A DNA stretch of 64,000 nt from the NCBI GenBank assembly GCA_945870555.1, contig CAMBSI010000002.1, positions 14,486 to 78,485 on the forward strand, written 5' to 3'. The first letter of the stretch is position 1; each line of letters opens with the position of its first letter. The notes beneath the pieces were generated by a model that ran no database searches, was not told the DNA's origin, and was given only the letters and a program-made list of their open reading frames with translations. Source of the DNA: Staphylococcus epidermidis (GTDB lineage Bacteria > Bacillota_I > Bacilli_A > RFN20 > CAG-826). Below are positions 9,525 through 20,179 of the stretch, one piece after another. A program made the position numbers and the translations under genes.

Positions 9525-10373
9525 ATGGCCAAATTAGAAATAAAGAATTTATGGGTTAAAGTTGCCGACATTAATATATTAAAAGGGGTCAACTTAACCA
9601 TTGAAGATCATGAAACCGTTGCCTTGCTAGGACCTAATGGTCATGGTAAGTCCACCCTCTTGTCTGCAATCATGGGTCACCCAAAATATGAAATCACCCA
9701 AGGTGAAATCATTTTGGATGGCAAAAATGTACTTGAAATGGAAGTTGATGAACGTTCAAAAGCAGGTTTATTCCTTGGTATGCAGCACCCATCCGAAGTT
9801 CCTGGAGTCATCAACTCAGACTTTTTAAAAGCAGCGATTAATGTGAGAAGAGATAAACCAATCCCATTGTTGGAGTTATATAAGAAACTAGATGATGCCT
9901 CAAAACAAATGAAGATTCCAATGGAATTAAGTCATCGCCATTTAAATGAAGGATTTTCAGGCGGTGAAAGAAAAAGAAATGAAATCTTACAATTGCTATT
10001 GTTAAAACCAACTTTGGCGATGTTAGATGAAATTGATTCTGGTTTAGATGTGGATGCATTACAAACCGTTGCAGAAGCAATCAAACGCATCCAAAAAGAT
10101 TCCAAAACAAGCTTTTTAATCATTTCCCACTATGCGCGTTTATTTCAAATGATCAAACCAACCCGTGTTGTGGTCATGATTAATGGCCGTGTTGCGGTTG
10201 AAGGTGGACCGGAAGTCATTACAAAAATCGATGGTTCTGGTTATGAATGGTTAACCAAGGAATATGGCATCAGCATAAAAAAAGAAGATAAAAATGCAAA
10301 GCCAATCTCCATGAACACCATTTCGATTGGCGCTTGTGCCACCAACGAGGTTGCCAACCATGCCAAGAAATAA
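9525..10373 (+). CDS. sufC: Fe-S cluster assembly ATPase SufC
   Basis: 282 aa with GPNGHGKST Walker A and FSGGERKRNE signature. aaggag RBS. Confidence 0.9.
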   Translation: MAKLEIKNLWVKVADINILKGVNLTIEDHETVALLGPNGHGKSTLLSAIMGHPKYEITQGEIILDGKNVLEMEVDERSKAGLFLGMQHPSEVPGVINSDFLKAAINVRRDKPIPLLELYKKLDDASKQMKIPMELSHRHLNEGFSGGERKRNEILQLLLLKPTLAMLDEIDSGLDVDALQTVAEAIKRIQKDSKTSFLIISHYARLFQMIKPTRVVVMINGRVAVEGGPEVITKIDGSGYEWLTKEYGISIKKEDKNAKPISMNTISIGACATNEVANHAKK

Positions 10374-11181
10374 GCTTATTGAAAAACAATCCGTATTTCA
10401 TATCCCATCATCAAAGGAACGTGTTTTATATCACTTAGATTTAAGTCTTGTTAAGTCAAATACCTTCCATCTGGTCATCGCTCCGGAAGCGAATATTGAT
10501 TTACTTGTTCAAAATGGTCAAGCAGATATCGTCCTTGAAGTGGAGATTTCAGATCATGTTCAAGGAACAATTCAATTTGCGATGTTTGGTCCAAATAAGA
10601 ATTTAAATTGGAATGCGACCGTCGGCGAACATGTTCAATTAGAATCCGCGATTGCAGATTTTACCGAAGGAAAAGGTAAGGTTTTCATACGTTTTGACAT
10701 GCTAGGAAGAGATTCCAACTTAGAATGGCGAACCGCTGCACTCGCGAGCCATCAAGATCGAAAATTTTATTCAGTTAATTTTACGCACAAGAATTTTAAT
10801 ACGTATGCCAACATGACAAACTTTGGGGTTACGGAAGGAAATAGCACGCTCCAATTTACAGGAACAGGCCATATCTTAAATGGAGCAAAGTTTTCTAAAA
10901 CACATCAAGCAGCAAAAATCATGGTTTTCGATGAAAAATGTTTAGGTCGCGCTGATCCGGTTCTGAAAATTGATGAAAATGAGGTTGAGGCCTCCCATGC
11001 CGCAACCGTCGGACGAGTGAATGAAGAACATTTATATTATTTACAGTCGAGAGGCTTAACTAAACATGAAGCAAAACGACTCGTCACGTTAGGTTATCTC
11101 CAACCAATTATTGCCTATTTTACAGATGAAAATATAAGGGTCCAATTATCACAACAAATCGACTCAGGAACTAAAAAATGA
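10360..11181 (+). CDS. sufD: Fe-S cluster assembly protein SufD (short form)
   Basis: ATG 10360 is preceded by gagg. C-terminal SufBD signature (DENEVEASHAATVGRVNEEHLYYLQSRGL). Only ~273 aa. Confidence 0.75.
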   Translation: MPRNKLIEKQSVFHIPSSKERVLYHLDLSLVKSNTFHLVIAPEANIDLLVQNGQADIVLEVEISDHVQGTIQFAMFGPNKNLNWNATVGEHVQLESAIADFTEGKGKVFIRFDMLGRDSNLEWRTAALASHQDRKFYSVNFTHKNFNTYANMTNFGVTEGNSTLQFTGTGHILNGAKFSKTHQAAKIMVFDEKCLGRADPVLKIDENEVEASHAATVGRVNEEHLYYLQSRGLTKHEAKRLVTLGYLQPIIAYFTDENIRVQLSQQIDSGTKK

Positions 11182-12401
11182 ACGTTGCTAAAATTCGTCG
11201 AGACTTCCCTATTTTCAAAAGAAAATTTAAAGGTAAACCTTTGATTTATTTTGATAATGCTGCGACGAGTTTTAAACCATTGCAAGTTATCCAAGCAATG
11301 GATCGTTATTATTTGGATTTCCCAGTCAGCGCCGGTCGTGGTGAATATGACCTTTCTTTTTATTTAGAAAATGAAATTGAATCCGCTAGAGCAAAAGTAG
11401 CATCCTTTATTCATGCGAAACCAAATGAAATTATTTTTACAACCGGTACGACCATGGGCGTGAATATGATTGCGCAAAGTTTCGTCCAATCCAATCTTAA
11501 GGCGGGTGATGAAATTATCATCACCGAATCGGAACATGCTGCGAATGTTTTACCATGGTATCAAGCTGCAGAAAAAACTGGTGCCAAAATCATTATTGTC
11601 GACCTAGATGATAACCAACGTCTCACCCCAAAAATCCTTAAGCCTCATTTAAATGCCCGAACAAAAATTGTTGCTTTTGCAGATGTGAGTAATGTTCTTG
11701 GAACCAAAACGGATGTGAAAGCAATTGCTAAACTTGTTCATCAAGTTGGGGCAATCGTTGTCATCGACGGGGCTCAATCGGTACCACATTTTCCAACCAA
11801 TGTTGATCTTGACGACATTGATTTCTTAGTATTTTCCGGTCATAAAATGGTCGGACCAACTGGCATCGGCGTGCTCTATGGAAAATATCAATTGTTAGAA
11901 AAAATGAAACCATTTTTTACGGGTGGTGGCATGTCACTTCGCTTTAACAAAAAGCAGGAAGTTAAATATGCTCCTATCCCTCATATCTTTGAGGCGGGAA
12001 CGCAACATTGGTCAGGGATTATTGGTTTAAAAGCCGCCATTATTTACTTAGAAAAACTTGGTTTTGAAGCCATTCACAAGCAAGAAACGCTGCTAAGAGA
12101 TCGAGCGATTCAAGGTTTAAAGCAAATTCCACATATCGTGATTTATAATGAAAAAACTGATGCTGCCATTATCGCATTTAATATCAAAGGTGTGAATCCA
12201 CAAGACGCATCAACCTATTTTAATAGTAAAGGCATCGCCGTCCGATCGGGTCAACATTGTGCTCGAAACCTCGTTGAATACTTAAAAACTGACGGCACGA
12301 TTCGCTGGTCTGCATATTTCTATAACACCGAAAAAGAGGTTGACCTATTTTTAAAAGCTGCCAAGGAAGGGAGGAATTTCCTCGATGCATATTTTCAATG
12401 A
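11178..12401 (+). CDS. sufS: Cysteine desulfurase SufS (class V aminotransferase)
   Basis: 407 aa with SGHKMVGPTGIG (PLP lysine) and RSGQHCA active-site Cys. ATGA overlap with sufD. Confidence 0.9.
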   Translation: MNVAKIRRDFPIFKRKFKGKPLIYFDNAATSFKPLQVIQAMDRYYLDFPVSAGRGEYDLSFYLENEIESARAKVASFIHAKPNEIIFTTGTTMGVNMIAQSFVQSNLKAGDEIIITESEHAANVLPWYQAAEKTGAKIIIVDLDDNQRLTPKILKPHLNARTKIVAFADVSNVLGTKTDVKAIAKLVHQVGAIVVIDGAQSVPHFPTNVDLDDIDFLVFSGHKMVGPTGIGVLYGKYQLLEKMKPFFTGGGMSLRFNKKQEVKYAPIPHIFEAGTQHWSGIIGLKAAIIYLEKLGFEAIHKQETLLRDRAIQGLKQIPHIVIYNEKTDAAIIAFNIKGVNPQDASTYFNSKGIAVRSGQHCARNLVEYLKTDGTIRWSAYFYNTEKEVDLFLKAAKEGRNFLDAYFQ

Positions 12402-12819
12402 TCCAATGACGATGAGACAAGTGATCATGGATCACTATGAACATCCGCGTAATCGTGGAAAAATTCCTCTAAAAGGAATTCGCACGATTCATATGGACAC
12501 TGCTGGATGTATTGATGACCTCGATATTCATGTGGTTATCAAAGATCAAAAAATTGAAGCCTTGGCGTTTGAGGGCGTCGCATGCACGATTTCAACCGCC
12601 TCAACCTCCATCATGACGGAGCTATTACTTGGTAAGCGCAAAGTAGATGCATTGTATATCATCGAACAATATATGAAAATGATACATGCACAGCCTTATG
12701 ATGATTCGGTCTTAGGTGAAGCGATGGTCTTCCAGCATACCCATAAACAAGCGAGTCGGATTAAATGTGCAACATTAGGATGGCAAGGATTGCTCCAATT
12801 ATTAAAGGAGGAAAAATAA
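12385..12819 (+). CDS. sufU: Fe-S scaffold / sulfur-transfer protein SufU
   Basis: 144 aa with DHYEHPRNRG, GCIDD, GVACTIS and KCATLGW motifs. ggaagggagga RBS 9 nt upstream. Confidence 0.85.
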   Translation: MHIFNDPMTMRQVIMDHYEHPRNRGKIPLKGIRTIHMDTAGCIDDLDIHVVIKDQKIEALAFEGVACTISTASTSIMTELLLGKRKVDALYIIEQYMKMIHAQPYDDSVLGEAMVFQHTHKQASRIKCATLGWQGLLQLLKEEK

Positions 12820-14217
12820 ATGGATAAAGATAATATTCCCCAAGACGAATATCGTTATGGGTTTAATGATAAAGACGTTTCAATTTTAAAGACCGATAAA
12901 GGCATAACGGAAGCGATTGTCCGGCAAATTTCCCGTCTAAAAAAAGAACCAAAATGGATGGAAGAAAAACGTGTCGAAGCCTTCCGGGTTTTCCAAGGTT
13001 TAAAGCTTCCTAATTTTGGTCCAGATCTCAACTTTATTGATTTTCAAAGTTACACCTATTACACCAAGCCTTCTGAAAGAGAAGAAACAACGTGGGATAA
13101 AGTTCCTGAAACCATCAAAAATACGTTTCAAAAACTAGGTATTCCCGAAGCGGAAGCGAAGTACTTATCTGGTGTTACCACCCAATATGAATCTGAAGTT
13201 GTCTATCACTCCATGCTTAAGGAAGTCGAAGATAAAGGCATTAAGTTTTTATCTACGGATGAAGGATTAAAGCAATTTCCAGAATTATTCAAAAAGTATT
13301 TTGCCTCCGTTATTCCAATGAATGACAATAAATTTGCTGCTTTGAATACTGCTGTTTGGTCGGGAGGATCATTTATCTACGTCCCTAAAAACGTTCACCT
13401 CGACAAACCACTTCAAGCCTACTTTAGAATTAACAACGAAAAAACCGGTCAATTTGAACGGACACTCATTATTGTTGACGAAGGCGCAAGTGTGAATTAC
13501 GTCGAAGGTTGCACTGCACCCATTTACGCGATTGAATCTTTACATGCTGCAGTGGTTGAAATTATCGTATTGCCAAATGCAAAATGCCGATATACAACGA
13601 TTCAAAACTGGTCTCCGAATGTCCTAAACCTTGTGACCAAACGTGCTTATTGCCATGAAAATGCTCAAATGGAATGGATTGATGGAAATATCGGATCGAT
13701 GAAAAATATGAAGTATCCAGCAGTGATTTTAGGAGGTCGCGGTTCTAAAGGAACGGTGATTTCGATTGCGGTTGCTGGAAAAGGTCAAGAACAAGATGCT
13801 GGGGCAAGAATGATCCATTTAGCGCCTGATACGTCCTCAACCATTGTTTCAAAAACAATTGTCCGCAACGGCGGTGTTAGCAATTATCGAGGAACCGTTC
13901 GCATTCACCCAAAAGCCATCAATTCAAAGAATCATACGGAGTGTGACACCTTAATTTTAGATGGTCATTCCAAAGCGGATACCATACCTAAAGACGAAGT
14001 TTTAAATAATGAATCCTTTATTGAACACGAAGCTACCGTCAGTAAAATTTCTGAAGACCAACTGTTTTACTTAATGTCACGTGGTTTATCAGAAACGGAT
14101 GCTACCCAAATGATTATCATGGGATTTATTGAACCTTTTTCAAGGGAATTACCGATGGAGTACGCAGTTGAATTGAATCATCTGATTAAATTAGAGATGG
14201 AAGGCAGTGTCGGATAA
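12820..14217 (+). CDS. sufB: Fe-S cluster assembly protein SufB
   Basis: 465 aa, a canonical SufB sequence ([24 protein letters not shown]). Confidence 0.92.
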   Translation: MDKDNIPQDEYRYGFNDKDVSILKTDKGITEAIVRQISRLKKEPKWMEEKRVEAFRVFQGLKLPNFGPDLNFIDFQSYTYYTKPSEREETTWDKVPETIKNTFQKLGIPEAEAKYLSGVTTQYESEVVYHSMLKEVEDKGIKFLSTDEGLKQFPELFKKYFASVIPMNDNKFAALNTAVWSGGSFIYVPKNVHLDKPLQAYFRINNEKTGQFERTLIIVDEGASVNYVEGCTAPIYAIESLHAAVVEIIVLPNAKCRYTTIQNWSPNVLNLVTKRAYCHENAQMEWIDGNIGSMKNMKYPAVILGGRGSKGTVISIAVAGKGQEQDAGARMIHLAPDTSSTIVSKTIVRNGGVSNYRGTVRIHPKAINSKNHTECDTLILDGHSKADTIPKDEVLNNESFIEHEATVSKISEDQLFYLMSRGLSETDATQMIIMGFIEPFSRELPMEYAVELNHLIKLEMEGSVG

Positions 14218-14223
14218 AATTTT

Positions 14224-16113
14224 ATGAGTCGTTATGAAGTGATTGTGATTGGTGGCGGACATGCTGGCCTAGAGGCTGCTTTTGCTGCTGCAAACATGGG
14301 TGCAAAAACACTCCTAATCACACTCAATAAAAAGATGATGGGGAATATGCCATGCAATCCTTCCATCGGTGGAAGTGCTAAGGGAATTGTGGTTCGAGAA
14401 ATTGATGCCCTTGGTGGCAAAATGGGCATCGGGGCAGATGCTGAATATTTGCAAATGAAAATGTTAAACACTGGAAAAGGTCCGGGTGTTCAATGTTTAA
14501 GAGCCCAAGTTGACAAGGTTACCTATCCTATTTTTATGCAAAAACTTGCGGATGAAACCGAACACTTAACCGTGAGAGAAGCAATGGTTTTAGATTTACT
14601 TCATGATGATAAACATGTGTTTGGTGTTGTGCTTTCAAATGGAGAAAAAATAGAATCTGACGCAGTTATTTTGACCACTGGTACGTATATGGAATCCGAA
14701 GTATTGGTTGGTTTAACCAAACGCTCCGCGGGACCTGATGGAGAAAAACCAAGTTTAGGTTTATCCCCAAATTTGGCAAAAATGGGTATTCAATTATTTC
14801 GGCTTAAAACTGGTACGCCTCCACGGTTGAAAAGAGGTTCAATTGATTTTTCCCAAATGGATCCACAATATCCAACCGAAGGACCTTTGGCTTTTTCCTC
14901 ACAAACAGAAAAAACAAAACCATTTGCAGATCAAGCACTCTGCTATTTGATTCATACACAACCAAGTACCCATGAGATCATTCGCGCAAACTTAAAACAA
15001 TCTGCCATGTTTGGTGGATTGGTCACAGGCGTTGGGCCTCGCTATTGCCCATCGATTGAAGATAAGATCGTTCGGTTTTCAGATAAAGAACGCCATCAAC
15101 TTTTTGTTGAACCAGAATCTGCCGTCACGGATTCGATGTATTTACAAGGTTTTTCTACTTCGATGCCTCCAGACATTCAAGAAAAAATGGTGCGGTCTTT
15201 ACCAGGTTTAGCCAATGCTGTCTTTTTAAAGTATGCTTATGCGATTGAATACGATGCGATAGTCCCAACTCAATTTGATTTAACGCTCGAACTTAAAGAA
15301 TGGCCAGGACTTTATGGGGCAGGCCAAATCTTTGGAACATCCGGTTATGAAGAAGCAGCAGGTGCAGGATTAATGGCAGGTATTAATGCGGTGAGAAAAA
15401 TTCGCAAATTACCTCCGGTTATTTTAAGACGTGATCAAGCATATATCGGTGTGATGATTGATGACTTAGTCACCAAAGGTACGTTAGAACCGTATCGCCT
15501 GCTTTCTTCTCGTGCAGAGTATCGCTTATTACTGCGGCATGACAACGCTGAAAGTCGCCTTACAGAAATCGGTTTTCAAATTGGATTAGTCAAGACTAAA
15601 CAATATGCGATTTATCAAGAACAACAACAACAATTAAAGGCATTAGAAAATCACTTAAAAACAATCTCGATTCGCCCTCAAGATGCCATCAATCAATTTT
15701 TACAATCCATTGAGCAAGGTCCATTACAAGGTGGTATCACTGCGTATGAATTGTTGCGTCGCCCACAAATTTCATTTCAAGCATTATTACCTTTTTTCCC
15801 AACCCTCGCGACGTGGAAAGTTCACGAATCGGTCATACATCAACTTGAAGTTAACATTAAATTTGTTGGCTACATTGAAAAAGAAGTTAAACAAGCGCAA
15901 GCCTTTTCTAAGTACGAAGATCTTCATATTCCACCAACCATTGATTATGTTGGTTTAGCAGGCATGGCAATGGAAGCAAGACAAAAATTATCGAAGATCA
16001 GACCGTTAACCATTGGTCAAGCTTCACGTATTTCTGGAGTTAATCCGAGCGATATTTCGTTATTGGTCATGCAAATTAAACGAGGACAAACCCATGGAAA
16101 TCGCCCAGCTTAA
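14224..16113 (+). CDS. mnmG: tRNA uridine 5-carboxymethylaminomethyl modification enzyme MnmG (GidA)
   Basis: 629 aa with the VIVIGGGHAGLEAA FAD motif. Typical MnmG sequence throughout. Confidence 0.95.
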   Translation: MSRYEVIVIGGGHAGLEAAFAAANMGAKTLLITLNKKMMGNMPCNPSIGGSAKGIVVREIDALGGKMGIGADAEYLQMKMLNTGKGPGVQCLRAQVDKVTYPIFMQKLADETEHLTVREAMVLDLLHDDKHVFGVVLSNGEKIESDAVILTTGTYMESEVLVGLTKRSAGPDGEKPSLGLSPNLAKMGIQLFRLKTGTPPRLKRGSIDFSQMDPQYPTEGPLAFSSQTEKTKPFADQALCYLIHTQPSTHEIIRANLKQSAMFGGLVTGVGPRYCPSIEDKIVRFSDKERHQLFVEPESAVTDSMYLQGFSTSMPPDIQEKMVRSLPGLANAVFLKYAYAIEYDAIVPTQFDLTLELKEWPGLYGAGQIFGTSGYEEAAGAGLMAGINAVRKIRKLPPVILRRDQAYIGVMIDDLVTKGTLEPYRLLSSRAEYRLLLRHDNAESRLTEIGFQIGLVKTKQYAIYQEQQQQLKALENHLKTISIRPQDAINQFLQSIEQGPLQGGITAYELLRRPQISFQALLPFFPTLATWKVHESVIHQLEVNIKFVGYIEKEVKQAQAFSKYEDLHIPPTIDYVGLAGMAMEARQKLSKIRPLTIGQASRISGVNPSDISLLVMQIKRGQTHGNRPA

Positions 16114-16801
16114 ACTTGCTTTACAGCAAATTCAAATTCATTTAAGTGAAGAAGACATCAAACAATTAGACCGATTTGCAACCTTGGTTCATACCACGAA
16201 TCAATTGTTTAATTTGACCGCACATTCGTCTTTGGACATGATTCGTGAAAAAGGAATTTACGATAGTTTATGTTTTCCTTTTCCAATTTTTAAAGGTAAA
16301 CAAACTTTATTGGATTTAGGATCTGGAGGCGGATTTCCAGGTATACCCTTACGTATTCTTTATCCAAACTTATTGATAACATTACTAGAACCCAATTTAA
16401 AAAAAGCAGTCTTTTTAAAAGATGTCATCCTTAAATTAGGCTTAAAAGATATTGATGTGATTAGTGAACGAGCAGAAGTGATGGTCAAACAACCAGGTTT
16501 TAAACCGTTTGATTTTGTTACCGCGAGAGCAGTCGCTTCATTACCGATGTTGTTAGAATTATCGATTCCATTACTTAAGGTTGGTGGACATGCCTATGTT
16601 TATAAAGGTAAGGATTATCTCGCGGAAATCGCTCAATCCAAGTATGCCTTAAACGTTTTAGGTGCATCGATTGTTGAAGTGAAAACCCATCGTTTACCAA
16701 CCGAACATGAACAACGTTCCTTACTCATTATTGAAAAACAAAAGCCTACGCCATCGATCTATCCACGAATGTTTTCACAGATTAAAAAATCTCCTTTATA
16801 A
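16094..16801 (+). CDS. rsmG: 16S rRNA m7G527 methyltransferase RsmG (GidB)
   Basis: Internal ATG 16094 with gagga upstream. [16 protein letters not shown] motif. The track's longer N-terminus lies inside mnmG. Confidence 0.88.
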   Translation: MEIAQLKLALQQIQIHLSEEDIKQLDRFATLVHTTNQLFNLTAHSSLDMIREKGIYDSLCFPFPIFKGKQTLLDLGSGGGFPGIPLRILYPNLLITLLEPNLKKAVFLKDVILKLGLKDIDVISERAEVMVKQPGFKPFDFVTARAVASLPMLLELSIPLLKVGGHAYVYKGKDYLAEIAQSKYALNVLGASIVEVKTHRLPTEHEQRSLLIIEKQKPTPSIYPRMFSQIKKSPL

Positions 16802-16809
16802 TTAGAGTT

Positions 16810-17583
16810 ATGGGGAAAGTAATAGCCATTGCAAATCAGAAAGGTGGCGTTGGTAAAACAACCACTGCCATTTCGCTTGCAAGTGGATTGGCTCAATTGG
16901 GTTATAAAGTTTTACTGGTCGACCTCGATCCGCAAGGAAATTCTAGTCGCGGTGTTGGCGTTGAAGTTGCAACCCTAAAACAAAGTATTTTTGACGTCAT
17001 TGCTCATACAAAACCGATCCAAGAGGCGATACGTTATACGGCGATGAAATCGTTATCCATTCTTCCTGCGAGTTTACAATTAGCTACCATTGAAACAATG
17101 GTAAGCCAACAAAATAGCAATCAACCTTATGCAATTTTAAAGAAAGCATTAAGTGTTGTGATATCCGATTATGCATATATCATTTTGGATTGTCCGCCAT
17201 CGCTCGGGTGGTTATCCGTTTCTGCGCTTGTAACATGTGATAGCGTCATTGTACCGGTTCAATGCGAATATTTTGCGATGGAAGCAGTCGCCCAAATTCT
17301 TGCAACCATTCAACAAGTCCAGCGTGATTACCATCCCGCTTTAAAAATTGAAGGTTTCTTATTGACGATGTACGATCCGCGAACAAGACTCGCAACCGAG
17401 ATATCCACCGAAGTTCGTGGTTTATTTAAAGAAAACACTTTCTATACACAAATTCCACGCAATGTTTCCTTGGCGGAAGCCAGTGCAAAAGGGATGCCCA
17501 TTCATTTATATCGGCCTAATTCAAGCGGTGCAGAAGCTTATCTCGCTTTAGCGAAGGAGGTCATTGATCATGGCAGAGCGTAA
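16810..17583 (+). CDS. parA: Chromosome partitioning ATPase ParA/Soj
   Basis: 257 aa with the deviant Walker [13 protein letters not shown]. Confidence 0.92.
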   Translation: MGKVIAIANQKGGVGKTTTAISLASGLAQLGYKVLLVDLDPQGNSSRGVGVEVATLKQSIFDVIAHTKPIQEAIRYTAMKSLSILPASLQLATIETMVSQQNSNQPYAILKKALSVVISDYAYIILDCPPSLGWLSVSALVTCDSVIVPVQCEYFAMEAVAQILATIQQVQRDYHPALKIEGFLLTMYDPRTRLATEISTEVRGLFKENTFYTQIPRNVSLAEASAKGMPIHLYRPNSSGAEAYLALAKEVIDHGRA

Positions 17584-18406
17584 ACCAATCATTAATCAAC
17601 GTTTATCTACATTAATTGATAAATATAGTTCAAGAGATATTGTTCAAAAACTTGAACAACAGTTTAAATCTTTGGTTAAACGAGAACTCAACCCTTTAAT
17701 GATTGAGGACATTCAAGTCCTGAAAGAAGTAACCATTCGTAGTGATCAATTAAGAGATTTATTGGATACATTATCCGTTAAACCTTTATTAAATCCCTTA
17801 ATTGTTCGTCAAGTAAACGGAAGAAATCAAATCGTTCTTGGTCGTAAAATTTGGTATGCAACCAAGTTACTAAAGTTCCAAAAAGTACCAGTTGTCCTCA
17901 CCACGATGTCAGAAGAAGAAATGCTGTTGGTATTGTTAGCATCCTTGCGTGAAGAATCCGAACAGAATGTCATGGCAATCGCATTGGTTTGTCAGGCTTT
18001 AATTGATCAATTCCAATATCGTCAAGTGGGTTTGGCAAAAATCATGCATTATTCTCGATCTCAAGTTTCGAATATTCTTCGGTTATTAAAACTACCCATG
18101 TTCACCAGAAAATTAATCAACGCCCAAACGATTACCTATGGGCATGCAAAAATTTTAGTCAGCCTTGATCCAGAACTCATTGATGCCCTGGTTCTAAAAT
18201 TAATCAAAGAAAAATTGTCAGTCAGAGAGTTTGAAAATCTAGTCAAGCAACACAAACCTCAAGTGGTAAATCCAGTTAATGAGCGAAATTTAGCGTCTTT
18301 GTTTTCTACAGAAGTGACGACGACAAAAAAGAGTATTAAATTCAGTTTTGAAAGTTCTGAGGAATTGGTTCGATTTGTCGATCAATTAATTCATGATAAA
18401 AAATAA
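17570..18406 (+). CDS. parB: ParB/Spo0J-like DNA-binding protein (divergent N-terminal domain)
   Basis: ATG 17570 lies 9 nt after aggagg. ParB HTH region is present ([16 protein letters not shown]). The GERRxRA box reads GRKIWYA. Confidence 0.7.
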   Translation: MAERKPIINQRLSTLIDKYSSRDIVQKLEQQFKSLVKRELNPLMIEDIQVLKEVTIRSDQLRDLLDTLSVKPLLNPLIVRQVNGRNQIVLGRKIWYATKLLKFQKVPVVLTTMSEEEMLLVLLASLREESEQNVMAIALVCQALIDQFQYRQVGLAKIMHYSRSQVSNILRLLKLPMFTRKLINAQTITYGHAKILVSLDPELIDALVLKLIKEKLSVREFENLVKQHKPQVVNPVNERNLASLFSTEVTTTKKSIKFSFESSEELVRFVDQLIHDKK

Positions 18407-19028
18407 AGATACCGAAACCACCAAATCAACTCAATCGATTAAACGCCTTACCTTAATTGGAATTTTGTCTGGTTTTGCCACGTTGCTTTATTTACCAATG
18501 TTTAGAATTAGCGTTATCTTATTTTTAGAAGTGAATTTATCTGAAGTTGTCATGTTCATCGGTGGATTTTCGCTTGGCCCATCTGCAGCATTCTTGATTG
18601 GGCTCATTCGGATGTTATTTACGTTACCTTTTTCAACAACCGGTGGCATTGGTGAAGTTGCAGATTTGTTTTATTCCTTAGCATTTGTATTACCAGGGGC
18701 TTTTTTATATCAATATGAGCGAAGTAAAAAAATGGCAAAATACGGATTCTTAATCGGTTTTATATCCCAATTATTCGTTACATCCATCCTCAACGCCTGG
18801 GTCATCACGGATTTGTACTTGACGTTGGTACTCAATATCACACCCGAGATGTTTTTAAGTTATATTCAAGGTGCCATACCTCAAGTCAGTAATCCTTATT
18901 GGTCTCTTGTTTTATGGATGTATTTGCCTTTTAATACGTTTAAAAATACATTGGTTATTGGCATCACCTTATTAATTTATAAACGTACCCATCAACTCAT
19001 CAAAAAAGTGATAAAAAAACCTACTTAA
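18393..19028 (+). CDS. ECF-transporter S component-like membrane protein (substrate unknown)
   Basis: 211 aa with ~6 TM segments and a RibU/ECF-S-like layout. Start overlaps the parB end by 14 nt. Confidence 0.5.
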   Translation: MIKNKDTETTKSTQSIKRLTLIGILSGFATLLYLPMFRISVILFLEVNLSEVVMFIGGFSLGPSAAFLIGLIRMLFTLPFSTTGGIGEVADLFYSLAFVLPGAFLYQYERSKKMAKYGFLIGFISQLFVTSILNAWVITDLYLTLVLNITPEMFLSYIQGAIPQVSNPYWSLVLWMYLPFNTFKNTLVIGITLLIYKRTHQLIKKVIKKPT

Positions 19029-19218
19029 CTTCAATTGCAGCGGTAGGGCAGTTTACTTTTGCTTCTTCAACATCGACTTCTTTACCAATAGGAACTAAAT
19101 TGACCGTGGCTTTCATTTTTCCATCATCATCCCAATCAAAAGCGGAAGGCACCATTGCATTACAAAGCCCGCATGCGATACAAAGATCTTTTATAACTCT
19201 AACTTTTTTTGGTTCCAT
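19021..19218 (-). CDS. fer: Small 4Fe-4S ferredoxin
   Basis: Start at the internal ATG 19218 (MEPKKVRVIKDLCIACGLCNAM...CPTAAIEV). Cys motifs match a monocluster ferredoxin. Confidence 0.75.
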   Translation of the reverse strand: MEPKKVRVIKDLCIACGLCNAMVPSAFDWDDDGKMKATVNLVPIGKEVDVEEAKVNCPTAAIEVK

Positions 19219-19277
19219 AATCATATTATAATAAAACTGCAAATGATAAACAATCAAACCATGAAGGACTTCAAGCG

Positions 19278-19505
19278 ATGAAATGGCAATCATCACCGCT
19301 TACTCGCGTTAAAAAATTTGCGCGTTACCGCCATGCAATTTTGAAAATGAAAGGTCCATCCAGTTTAAGTCCTAAATATTTGGTCAAAGACATGGAGTTT
19401 GAATCAATTAAAACCAAGCCAATGACGTTGTTTATGTGGTTCTTCGGGGGTGGGGTTATCATTCTACTCATTTTAGTGGTTGCTTTGGTATACTTTGTTA
19501 GATGA
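19278..19505 (+). CDS. Hypothetical small membrane protein (C-terminal TM helix)
   Basis: 75 aa. gaagga RBS 10 nt upstream. Stop overlaps the cmk ATG in ATGA. C-terminal FMWFFGGGVIILLILVVALVYFV. Confidence 0.45.
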   Translation: MKWQSSPLTRVKKFARYRHAILKMKGPSSLSPKYLVKDMEFESIKTKPMTLFMWFFGGGVIILLILVVALVYFVR

Positions 19506-20179
19506 AAAACAAATTAATCCTTGCGATTGATGGTCCTGCTGCTGCTGGTAAATCCACGGTTGCAAAAATCGTTGCAAAAAAGCTCAATATTACGTATATC
19601 GACACTGGTGCGATGTATCGTGCATTTACCTTATATGTGATGAGAAAACAAGTTGATCCCCAAAACCAAAAAGCTTCCGAAGCATTAATTCCTCAAGTGA
19701 CGATTTCGTTATCTCCCACGGGTGAAGTTTTTCTCAATGGTGAAAATGTCAGTAAAGAGATTCGCGAACCGAAAGTCTCTGCGCAAGTTTCCTATATTGC
19801 ATCCTACAAAACCATTCGCTTAGCTTTGGTTGATTTACAAAGGTATATGGCAGGCAGTCAATCGGTGGTGATGGATGGTCGGGATATTGGCACGTATGTA
19901 TTGCCAGCAGCCAATATCAAAATCTTTCAAATTGCGTCTGTTGAAACTAGAGCCGTTCGCCGTTATGAAGAAAATTTATCAAAAGGAATTGCTTGTACAT
20001 TAGAAAGCGTTGAGGAAGATTTAAGGCGTCGAGACTATATTGATTCTCACCGTGAATTCGCCCCTTTAAAACCCGCTATTGATTCGATTTTAATTGATAC
20101 CTCTTTCATGACTGTTAATGAAGTCGTCGAACGAATATTAGACATCGTCCAGAAAAAAGTTGGCACGATTCATGGTTAG
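19502..20179 (+). CDS. cmk: Cytidylate kinase
   Basis: 225 aa with IAIDGPAAAGKST P-loop. Confidence 0.93.
   Translation: MKNKLILAIDGPAAAGKSTVAKIVAKKLNITYIDTGAMYRAFTLYVMRKQVDPQNQKASEALIPQVTISLSPTGEVFLNGENVSKEIREPKVSAQVSYIASYKTIRLALVDLQRYMAGSQSVVMDGRDIGTYVLPAANIKIFQIASVETRAVRRYEENLSKGIACTLESVEEDLRRRDYIDSHREFAPLKPAIDSILIDTSFMTVNEVVERILDIVQKKVGTIHG

Noticed and set aside
16810-18406. Search for a canonical parS (TGTTNCACGTGAAACA) in or near parAB
   Set aside because: None was seen by eye. The acgtgaaaac string at ~49041 is only half-site-like and is adjacent to the fba terminator stem. A computational scan is needed before concluding absence.
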